A stretch of 64,000 bases of DNA, from contig MU061579.1 in NCBI GenBank assembly GCA_013265495.1, positions 5,083,146-5,147,145 of the forward strand. The letters run 5' to 3'. Every line of letters starts with the position of its first letter. Within the stretch, counting starts at the first letter, position 1. This document shows positions 12,471 to 22,960 of this stretch, one piece after another. The position numbers were made by a program, and so were the translations under genes. Below the pieces are notes generated by a model. That model was not told where the DNA came from. It saw only the letters and a list, made by a program, of their open reading frames with translations, and did no database searches. The DNA is from Vicugna vicugna (Eukaryota).

Positions 12471-12795
12471 CACGTGGCTAGAAATTAAGCACAATCCAAG
12501 TGAACATTTCTTAGTGCCTTAAAACAATACAGATATTAGCCTGGAAATAAAGTATAAAGTCATTTTGTTTCCTCATGATTTTTAAATATTTAAAAATTTA
12601 GTTTAGTAACAACTAAACACTTCCTGTTCATAATTAAGACTAAACAATTCTTTAGTGCTCTGAAATGATGAATTTTTAAAGGAGAAACACATATCTAAAA
12701 TACTCTCCCCTCCAGTATAAATTGAGTATAGTAAATTACATTAATTAACAACAACAAAAAATATATTTCTTTCCTTCTATATTCCCTCACCTTTA

Positions 12796-13797
12796 TGACG
12801 GGAGATGACTCTCTATGGGCCTTTTATGTTTCTGTATATCTTAGACCAGAGGCACTACTTTAATTTTTCAGACTATTTTTTTAAGATGCATATAGGGAAC
12901 TGGTGCAGAGATATTATCATGTTCCAGAACAAAGGACAGACATTCTCACTACCATTACAAAAGATTTGGGTTCCGAATCTCAGGGTCTGCCTCCTGTAAT
13001 GAAACTCACTGTGTGTCTAAGTATCCTCTGGCCCTCTTTGCATAACTCTTTAGAAATTGGGGGTTGGAGTGTTAGGTAGTTAGATAAGCCGGCGAACCGG
13101 ACAGATAGGTGGAGGAGAGAAGGATGGTCTGGAAGATGGTATTATGCCCGCCTCCAGTATAAAGGGACTTTACTTCTCCCACATGAGTGCCAGCAAGAAA
13201 CAGGTTAGACCCTGACAGCCACGACCTCACCGTAGCAAAAAGGACTTAACCAAAGGATTTAACTGGACATGACCTGATGTTCATTGTATTGTAACTAACA
13301 TTGCGATTTAGGCTGCCCCTTTGAGTTTTTCTATGTATACCATGGTAAGTACATGCTCAAAGGGATTAAACATGACTAAGCATTCCAGGAACAATAGCTG
13401 TCAACCAATCAAAAGACCATCTCTAAGAGAGTAGGTATAAGAGAAACAGGAGACAGAGAACACCACAATTCCTCCTTGAATCAGCCCACCTCCTGCTCTT
13501 GTCAGCATATTATTCTCTTATTGCTACACAATGCTTTCCATCTCCCATCTATAAACCTTACCTTTCAGTTAAGACATGAACCAGGTTTTTTGTTTATTTG
13601 TTTGTTTCCCTAATGGGTAACAAGAGAACCAATAAAATTGCTAATACACTGCTTACTGCCATTGCTGTGATTAATAAATTGCCATTTCTCTGATCCAGGA
13701 GACCCATGTCTTCTACCAGCTTTCAGGAAAGTGAGGCATACGAACTTGTTGGCATGCAAATAGGGTAAAATCTGAAACACTTCACAGTTCTTGACCA
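12796..13797 (+). mobile_element. MER68-like ERVL LTR split by a younger LTR (12796-13069 and 13623-13797)
   Basis: 3' end 'tgcaaatagggtaaaatctgaaacacttcacagttcttgac' and internal 'ccattacaaaagatttgggttcc' match MER68 as recalled. Confidence 0.75.
13070..13622 (+). mobile_element. Younger ERV1-like solo LTR nested in the MER68-like LTR
   Basis: TGTTA...TAACA inverted termini; flanks ggag/agag; retains CpGs; CCAAT and TATA-like motifs near 13405-13440. Confidence 0.75.
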
Positions 13798-15547
13798 ATG
13801 TACGTAATTTCTTTGTGTAAGCTGCTTTTTAGTTATCCTGAATATATGCTCTGCAATAAGTCTTGAAGATCTAAAGTTAATGGGAATCCTGATATGAATG
13901 GTGTTATGAAAGAAAGGAGAATTAAGAATGGCTGAATTTTAGGTTGTAAATATGTACTTTGATTTCCAAAATCAAAGATTTTTAAAAGAGTGAAAAGTAA
14001 ATTTAACACATCAACTAGTTCTCTGATAATATAACGGTATTTCTGCAAATGGATTTCCATGTGTTTGGCACTGGTTGACTTCAAATCTGTCTGTTTCTCC
14101 TTTTGATTCTAATCAGATATAACTGTTCTCAAGGGAAAAGCTTTGTTGTCTTTCCGATGAGTTATTTTTTTTCTGGGTTAACCCTACATAAGAAGCAAGT
14201 CTAAGTCACAATCAGGCAGCCAAACTGATGAGTACCTAGGAATTAAATTCATAAAAAGTTTCAAGAACAGAGATTCTTAGTTTACAGAGCAGGAAAAAAA
14301 AAGAGAGAGATAAAATAGATTAAAATTTACAAAGCTAGTCAGACATTGATCAGATTCAAGATAAAAATCAACAGCACAGAGTTTATGGCTCAAAGATAAA
14401 AATTAGTGTGAGAAAGAATGACTAGCCAGGGAGAGGATACCTCAGGTTTCAGATGTCAGAGCATTACTGGGAATGTCCTTCTTTTAACTTATTCTTCAAC
14501 AGCCTTAAAACCTCCCTGTGTTTGTTTTCTTTTTGGATTTTTAAAATATAACTTATTCTTTTTTTTCCTGTATCTTTGAGAAATCTCTCCATCCCACCAT
14601 CCCCTGATACCTTGCCCACTTTAACCTCTGAGCAGACCAATTGTACCATCAATCATGAATTTTTTTTAAACTTGCTTAAATATAGCATCTCTTAATGGGT
14701 AAGAATCATCCACAACTTATTTTTCTCATCTCTCAAAATAGTATTTTCACTTCCCATTTATGTTTTCTTATTTTCCTTTGCATGTAGATTCTGCATAATA
14801 TATCATTCCCTTGGATTTATAAATATGAATTCCAAATTTTTCTTTCTCTTTGATTTGTTAGTAGGCTCAGACGGATAGTGACAATGATTCCTAATTCTTT
14901 TGAACCCTCTCCGAACATACACTGCTAAATGATGATAATACCATGCTGCTGCCTTCACTAGACTATTTTCCTGCTGCCTCGCTTCTGATATCCTTAATCT
15001 CTGAATTATGATGCCAAGTGAAAAATACTTTATGGTATTGGTCATATTTCTTCTTATTCAGTGTGGTTCTCGTGATTATTTTTGCCATTATCACTAAAAA
15101 CAATTTCTGTCCAAGAAGAAACAAGACACATGTAGTAGTGACATCTTGACTTAACAGTACCAGATAGTATTTCCAAAGCTAAAATCAACAGAATTGATGC
15201 CAAGAAGAATCAACATGTCGCTCAATATTATCCTCCATGGGAAGAAAGCCAATAAAGTGGTGTAGCTTGCCAAAACTCTGTAACCTTTTAATGTGAGCAC
15301 AGTTTTTCAGTGTTATTTGTAATTTTTTGCAGGAAAAAAATAATCACAAACTCACTGCTTATGAAAACAGTTTGTTTCTTGCAAGTGAGATGGAGAGTTA
15401 AAAAAAAAAAGAAAGAGCATAGATTGGAGTCTTATACTGTATGTTCCCTTCCACATTATTTTAAAAGTTTTCCAAATATTGTAATTTATGCAATAGGTTT
15501 AGAAATAAATTGATTTACTAAGTTGAGATGTATCTTACAAGGTGAAA

Positions 15548-15752
15548 CTAGGTATGCTGAACTGAGCTTACACTGCCTTGGAATTGCCAACTGTCCACAT
15601 TTCTCCCAACTCCAAGTTTCAGGGGTAACGTTCAGTAGATTGTAATTGGCTATTATGGGAGACTTTACACCACAACAATCAGCAAATGATATATTAAGGT
15701 TTTTAAAATTTATTTATTTATTCTGAAGAACTGGTTTATTGTAATACAGCTG
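15548..15752 (+). mobile_element. hAT-Blackjack MITE (MER63A-like)
   Basis: 'cccaactcc...ttcag...tgggagactttacaccac...gcaaatg' in MER63 order. Confidence 0.6.
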
Positions 15753-15913
15753 TTTATGACTAAAGATATAAGCATATAATCATGGTTTATTATTAAATAT
15801 CAGAGGTTAGATCTTCTGTTCAAAAACCTCACCTCTTACAAAAGCTTGAAGAAGTCACATGTAGGTAACAAACTGTGAGTTCACTGCAGATATTGGTTAG
15901 TGTTTAACTTCTT

Positions 15914-16469
15914 TATTTCTTATTGAAATATGGTTGCTTTACACTATTATATTACTTTCAAGTGTACAGCATAGTGATTCAATATTTTTATAAGATTATA
16001 CTCCCTTTAAAGTTATTACAAAATAATGGCTACATTTCCCTGTGCTGTATGATATATCCCATTGCTTATCTATTTTAAACATAGTAGTTTGTATCTCTTA
16101 ATCTCTTTCACCTGTCTTGTCCCTCTTCCCTTCCCTCTCCCTACCAGTATTTACTATTTCATTTTCTGTATCTGTGTATCTGTTTGTTTTGTTATATACA
16201 TCTGTTTGTTTTATCTTTTAGATTCCATACATAAGTGATGACATACAGTATTTGTTTTTCTCTGACTTATTTTACTAAGCATAATACTCTCTAGGTCCAT
16301 CCATGTTGTTCCAAATGGCAGAATTTCATTCCTTTTTATGGCTGAGTAATATTCCACTGTATCTATATACCACATCTTCTTTATCCCTTCAACTGTTAAT
16401 GGACGCTTGGGCTGCTTCTATATCATTTTTATGGTAAATAATGCTACTATTAACATTGAGGTGAATGCA
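15914..16469 (-). mobile_element. L1 3' end
   Basis: 'ctaggtccatccatgttgttccaaatggcagaatttcattcctttttatggctgagtaatattcca' is the canonical antisense L1 3' region. Confidence 0.92.
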
Positions 16470-17214
16470 GCACTTCACTTCTTATTCTACCTATTCCTAC
16501 TTAGATTATTGCTAAGTAAAAAAATAAATTTTAGAGTTGACTATGTTTCTCTGTAGAATTTCTGCTCTTTACTGAACTTGGAAATCTAGCAAAAACAAGT
16601 GACTTTTTATTCTCTTAAAATCTTTGATTTGAAAGATCATTTTCCAGTGATCATTTATTACAGTGTTTCTGAATTTTGAACAGAATACTACAATGTGTAT
16701 TTTTCAAAGAAGGATTGCCAGGTGCCTAAGAATTATTTAATCATGACTTATTAAAGCACCACATGATTTGGCTAGCATTCTATGTCTCATAGTTTTAATC
16801 ATGCTTATAAAATATAATGATATATTTAATCCATATTATAAAATCCATGTCATAAAAATATGGTTCAATATTCTTTCTTCTGAGGCATATATAGGAGATT
16901 ATACCTATACATTTATATAACTATTAGTCAGTATTTTACCTCACAAGATAGGACTTGATTCTGTTTTTCTTACTATTGTATCTCAAGGACTCGTATAATG
17001 CCTTAAAAAAAAGTTATTTTTTGAAAGAACAAATAAGTAAACAGAAACAAATGAATAAAATATTATCTTTAACATAGTCTAAGATTTTTCTTCAAATAAT
17101 TCTTTCTACAGAGTATTTTTTTTCCAAATAGAGAAATGTGATGATTTCTTATTTGACCTTCTACCTTACAGTCTAAATACCACTAATCTTATTTTTGTCT
17201 CTGCTTGGAAAATT

Positions 17215-17679
17215 TGAGACAGGAGGGAAAGGGGCAAGGCACAACCATTAAAGAATGACACAACAATTGAGGTTAGGGCATAAACTGGTTAGAACCAAAT
17301 CAGTCCAAGATGATGAAAGATTTGACTTCCAGTAGACCTTGAGCCTTACTACACACCCATGGTTGCTCTGACAGTTCCCAGGCTGATCATGAAAGGCCAA
17401 AAAATGGGTGAGGCCAATGGGTGAGGCCCCAATTCTTGAAAATCTCTGCCCCTTCCACAAAACAATTGGAATAATCCTCCCACTTGTTATCATATGAAAT
17501 GACCCAGTCCATAAAAACTATACCATCCCAACACCTCAGGGCTGCCTCTCTTGCCTTCTAAAATGGCCTGGATTCTGTGTATTGAGTGTTTATTGCTCTA
17601 TATAAATTTGCTTTTGCCTTAGTATGGCTTGCTCTTGAATTCTTTCATGCTCAAGACAAGAACCTATTCTCCAGTAACA
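17215..17679 (+). mobile_element. MER41-like ERV1 solo LTR
   Basis: TG...CA termini; flanks aatt/agtt; 'gaataatcctcccacttgttatcatat' and 'cttgaattctttcatgctcaagacaagaacc' are MER41-like. Confidence 0.75.
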
Positions 17680-18624
17680 AGTTTATCCTCTGCCTAGATT
17701 ATCTGGTGAATGCCATTCAACTTTTATTTGTTTGATACCTTCCTTGATGAAGTGGGCCAACACAAAATTAATTCCGCTATCATTTGTTTAGTTAGATCTT
17801 GATGAAAACACATTAAGAATAATAAATAAAGGTTAAATTAAGCTAAAGGCATTCAATAGCACAAACATGGAATCATGTTTATTAATTGAGGGGTACATTT
17901 CCTTTTGCACATGTCTTTGCCTATTTTAATTAACAACTTAAAAACTGGATTGAGTTACCATGTTCTTCTATTTTCTAGCCTATTTTCCTAGTGTTTTAGC
18001 TACTTTAATTATTGCTGATCACTGACCTGAAGCAAAGAAGCAATTTCTTGTTAAAGTACTAATTACCAGCTAAGTGCTTAGTATTCAGGGCATAGAAAGC
18101 AAGGAAGAAAAGTAAGAGTTAAGGTGATAATAAAAAGTGCTTAAATTTGTATGCAATTCCAGCTTCAGAGACTGGATATCTTTTTTTCTATGTAAATTTT
18201 ATAAAGACTCTCTATTTACCTTAAATATTCTACCAAAAAGATAGTATATAGTGTATTAATAACCTGAGTCATATTTTTAAATGTTACAACAGTATGTAAT
18301 AAACAAAAGATTTAATTTCCACTCTATTATTGGTTATTGTAAGTACTTTTGCTAAGGAGAGAGAGAAAAAAAGCAAAGAAATTAGAGATTTATAATCATA
18401 ATAAGTAAAAGCTCCCAAAATATTTATTTTAATCTAATACTATGGAGTTTCTTCAGACTTTGTTACTATATTATTCTAACCAATATAAGCACATAATCTG
18501 AAAAAAAATTAAATTTTTATTGTGTACACTCATTCAGTATAAATAAAAAGAGTTAAGGTTTAGCATATGTTTGTAATTAGGCAATTACACAAAAACCCAC
18601 TTATTTTAAAATTAAGTTACATTT

Positions 18625-19128
18625 TGATAGCCATCTCTGCCCCCTTGGGCCTCCTCCATCCCCTTTAGTGTACGCTGTGCATCTGCTCTAACCAGATCTC
18701 CTTAGGAGATAACACTGTAAAGGGTCGGGATGACCCTGATTCTGTTTTTATTACTATTGGATCTTAAGGACTGATACAACGTCTGACAGATAATAAATAT
18801 TTTTTTTGTCAGGATGTATTCTTGTAAAGGGTCAGGATGACTGACTACTCCGTAATTCCTTAGAAGATAACCTTCTTTCTTAATCTTATAAGGGGTCATG
18901 CTGACCCACTTCTGGCTTTGCATGTGCAGATATGAACTGTGTAAGCTGTGCATCATTAGAAGTATAACCCTGTTTCAAACACTGACATAACTGTGTTTTG
19001 ACCTCTAATGGGCAGAGCAGTCTTCAGAGATTCCTGAAAAACTGTCTCCTGGGTTATAATTCTCAGGTTGGCTTAAATAAATTTATACATTTCATTCTTA
19101 GATTGAGTATTGATTTCTTTCATTGACA
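18625..19128 (+). mobile_element. ERV1-like solo LTR with internal repeats
   Basis: TGA...ACA termini; AATAAA near 19076; 3' end 'gtctcctgggttataattctcag...cattgaca' is of MER34/MER4-group style. Confidence 0.7.
18893..18907. promoter_or_regulatory. Perfect ERE-type palindrome GGGTCAtgcTGACCC
   Basis: Exact GGTCAnnnTGACC at 18894-18906; motif match only, function untested. Confidence 0.45.
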
Positions 19129-19220
19129 ATATAAATTCATTAATAAGTATATTTTATTATTATTATTGTTTACCATTATGAAAAATAATATAAAATATCC
19201 ATTTTATTTCAAATAATACT

Positions 19221-19522
19221 CAAACAGAAACAGACTCACAGACATAGAATACAAACTTGTGGTTGCCAGGGGGGTGGGGGGTGGGAAGCGACAGATTGGG
19301 ATTTCAAAATGTAGACTAGATAAACAAGATTGTATGGTGTAGCACAGTGAAATATATACAGGGTCTTGTGGTGGCTCACAGCAAAAGAGAATGTGACAAT
19401 TAATGAATGTGACAAATAATGGTATGTATGTTTATGTATAACCGAAAAAGTGTGCTCTACACTGGAATTTGACACAACATTGTAAAATGACTATAACTCA
19501 ATAAAAAAAAGTTTAAAAAAAA
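19221..19522 (+). mobile_element. Short L1 3' UTR fragment (young, lineage-specific type)
   Basis: 'aaacagaaacagactcacagacatagaatacaaacttgtggttgccag', G-run, and 'caacattgtaaaatgactataactcaataaaaaaaa'; internal 16-bp tandem duplication at 19389-19420. Confidence 0.9.
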
Positions 19523-19714
19523 GTGGGATAGAGGGAGAGGAGGGAAAATGAGAGGCGAGGAGAAGAATTAAATGGGAAAAAAGGCAGGAAAAAGCATGTT
19601 ACTACATAACACATCATTCCATCAGGGGACTGACAACAGACAGCGATATCCACCAACATATAGAATAATGTGATTCTATCCCAGTTTACCACTGAGGTAA
19701 CTGGTATAGAAATC

Positions 19715-19850
19715 AGTTTATTATTAATTTACTAATGAGGAAATGGGCACAGAGATGTTAAGTAACCTGTCTGAGTCACACAGCTGTTAAGTCTGGCTTT
19801 CAATCTAGGTGAGTCTCACCCCAAAGATGATATTCAGAGTCACTACACCA
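19715..19850 (-). mobile_element. MIR SINE
   Basis: 'atgaggaaatgggcacagagatgttaagtaacctgtctgagtcacacagct'. Confidence 0.8.
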
Positions 19851-20711
19851 TTCACAAAAATAGCTTATGATGGGGCTAAAACTGACAAGCACAGGACCAA
19901 GCAGTGGCATATGAACCCCTCTCTCCACCTCCCATAGGACCCATCCATTGGATCCCCAAGAGAACTTCTGACTGTGATGAAAACATTGTACCAGCAGAAG
20001 TCAAAGCCAAATGCCTGGATATGTGAATAAACTTACATGATGTTTATAATGAATATAAAAGTCAAAGTTCCTTTCCAAGGCAATGCTAATGCCCAGTGAA
20101 TTTATCTCCCTCTCGCTCTCTCTGTGATGTAAGATACGGGATGGACAGATGAGCCATGAGGTTCCTTCTGTGAGAGGGTTTTTGTGAAGTGTACCATATC
20201 ATTGTTTAGGGAAATGCATAATGCCTTGTGGTGACAGGGCATGGGACCAGGCAGCATGAACAACAGGACCTGAGAATGGTCACAACTCTCAGTAGAGGGA
20301 CAAGACACCATGCATAGAGAAGTCTTAACCTTCTCATCCATCAAAATGGCCAGAATTTATTAAAATGTTACAACAGTAAAAACATGTGAGTTCTATTTCA
20401 TTCTGACTGTCAGAAATTATTCATAAGACACTTACGAACAAAGGAGACAAAATTACTTAAAATACCTAAGACCAGTTCCATAACCTAGGAAAATAAGAAG
20501 GTATAAAAAAGCACAATAAAAATCAAATATTTCCAGGGAAAAGGTATACTTAACAGATAGCCATAGCTCATAAAGTCTATCTTTTGTACCCGTGCTTCAC
20601 TTTCAAGCAATTAAAATGCCTATAAAACGTGGAGCTTTTCCCAGAGAACTAACTCCTTTGGTGTTAATGAGCATGATTTTGCCATTATTCTGCAGCCACA
20701 GTAGTTGATCA

Positions 20712-21172
20712 TGTAAGAACAGGGAAGTTCAGAAACTCTACAAAATTGAAAATAAAAAATTAGTGCACTTAGCCGTGAGGCCAAGGGTTTGGATCAGAGA
20801 GGTCTGGGGCAAAAAAAAAAAAAAGAAAGAAACAATAGTGAAGCCTCGGGGCAGAGTCCTGGGTCCTTCTCAAGGAACATATACAACAATATATTTGAGT
20901 TGTTCTGTAGAAACCAAAGCTGTCATCCAGGTGGAGGATGGCAACTTCAGGCTGTGCGCAAGATTTCTGGAACACTGCCCTGCTGCTCTCACCCCAAAGT
21001 TTGCTTATACAAACTTTTCCCCCAAAACCATTGGGAAGTTAGGGTTTTTCAAGCATGAGCACCTCTCCTCCAGGCTTGGCCCTGCAATAAAACTTTCTCT
21101 GCTTTAAACTTCGAGGTTTCAGTTTGTATGGCCTCACTGTGTGCTGGGCACACAAACTTTTGTTCAGTAACA
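20712..21172 (+). mobile_element. ERV1-like solo LTR
   Basis: TGTAA...TAACA termini; AATAAA near 21086 followed by a U5-like segment. Confidence 0.7.
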
Positions 21173-21423
21173 ACAGTGAAAGCCAAGTGGGCATCCACAG
21201 GTAAGAAAGAAGTTATCACTCAAAGAGGGGGTTCAGATGGCATTTTACAACCTCTGCATGACCTTGAGGGAGACAAGGTTTCTTGCTAGCTTTGCTTCTG
21301 ATATCTGTCTATCCTCTCTCTTTCATTAAATTCAGGGTTACTTTCCTATTCTCCAGTTCAAGCTGATTTTCACACTTTGAGTACTTACAAGTTTTATATC
21401 ATCATCACAAATGAGTGATGCTG

Positions 21424-21789
21424 TGTCTTAGTCTGGGCTGCTATAACAAAAGGTACTATAAACTGAATGGTTTATAAACAACAGAAATTCACTCTTCATA
21501 GTTCTGGTGGCTGACAAGTCCAAGATTAACGTGCTAGCAGATTGGGTGTCTGGTGAGAACCCACTTCTTACATGGTCATTTTTCCACTGTAACCTCATTG
21601 GGCAGAAGGGACAAAGGTGCTTCCTAAGGCCTCTTTTTTAAAGGTACTAATTCTATTCATGAGACTTAATTCAAGACCTAATCACTTCCCAAAGGCCTCA
21701 AGACCCCACCTTCTAAAACCATCACCTTGGGGTTAGGATTTCAACACTGAAATTTGGTGGGGAGGGACATAAACACTCAGATAATGGCA
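21424..21789 (-). mobile_element. MaLR LTR (MLT1A-like)
   Basis: 'tgtcttagtctgggctgctataacaaaa...aacaacagaaatt...ggggttaggatttcaaca'. Confidence 0.9.
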
Positions 21790-22179
21790 TACTCCTGTAT
21801 ACATTTCAGTAGTTTTAAGCCATAAACTATTTTTTATTTAAAGAAATTTTCCCCACATTCATGGATTTTTCCTTTACTTTTTTTTTTAATTGTTCTAATG
21901 GAGTTCTTCATATAATCTAGCTACCAGGCTATCGGATATTATATATTTTGTGAGCTGCTTCTCCCACTCTTTAGCTTGCCTTTTCACTTTCTTAATGTCA
22001 TGGAAGGATGTCTTACTTTTAATATATTTCACTTTTAATTTTTTTTTCTTTCAAGCATTTGTGTCCCTTTACATTAAAACATGAAAGGATATAAAAGATT
22101 CTTTAGAAAGGTGGAAAGCAGAGAGGAGCTTTCTATGTTGCAAAGATAGAAATTCAAGAGAGAAAAACAAGCTAAATGT

Positions 22180-22960
22180 TACCAGTATTAAGTTTAAAGT
22201 ATTTTACTATGAAAAAATTTTAAACTCAAATGGCATATTGGAAAATTTTCTTTCGATGTATGTTAGACACAGAAAGCTAATCTACAATATATAATTTTTT
22301 TCAAAGTTAAATTATGGCATACTTTCTAATGTGAAAATATTAAAAAGTGTTAACTCAATAAAGAAAAAATAATGTATGTTTTAAGAGAAATGTAAAATTA
22401 TCAGTGAGTAAAAACAAAAATAAAACATAATTCAGTATCCACATAATTTATGAAGTGTTTAGGAAAGTACATTATGAAGTATAGTTTGACCCTTGAACAA
22501 CACAGGCTTGACCTATGTGAGTCCACTTACATGCAAACTTTTTCAATAAATAGTACTACCTTAGGACATCACCCATGATTGGCAGGATCTGCAGATGCAG
22601 AACTGCAGATACTGAGGGCTGACTATAAACTGATGTGACTGTGTAGGGCTTGGTGCTCCCAACCCCTGCATTGCTTAAGGGTCATTTGTACTTGGGAGGG
22701 CACTGGGCAGTCTCATACACTGTTCTGGGAATTATGAATTGGCGCATAATTCTTAAGGGGAACTTGCTTATATGTATCAAGATTTAAAAATGTGACATAT
22801 TAGATTCAACACCTTCGTTTATAGAAATTGATCCTGAGGAACTAAAAGGATATATGCAAACATTAGATGTGACTGTTTTTGTCAGTATTATTTAAAAGTA
22901 ACAAAATAATTTAAGCACTTTTTCTATTTCTAAGAATAAGAGTTTTTTGATAACATCTGT
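22180..22960 (+). mobile_element. Very old L1 (L1ME-like) fragment interrupted by a Tigger2 MITE
   Basis: 'tctcatacactgttctgggaattatgaattgg' and 'tatgtatcaagatttaaaaatg' are L1ME-like. Confidence 0.5.
22482..22688 (+). mobile_element. Tigger2-family MITE
   Basis: TIRs 'ttgacccttgaacaacac' and 'gcattgcttaagggtcatttg' with TA flanks. Confidence 0.85.

Noticed and set aside
18715..18906. Three spaced repeats of about 20 bp as a CRISPR-like array
   Set aside because: Eukaryotic context, irregular spacing and no cas genes; these are LTR U3 repeats
19523..19600. Purine-rich tail after the short L1 as a second 3' transduction
   Set aside because: ATTAAA and A-runs are present, but I could not find a matching TSD
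20763..21107. Longest ORF (114 aa) with poly-Lys
   Set aside because: Lies entirely within an LTR; the poly-Lys comes from an A-run
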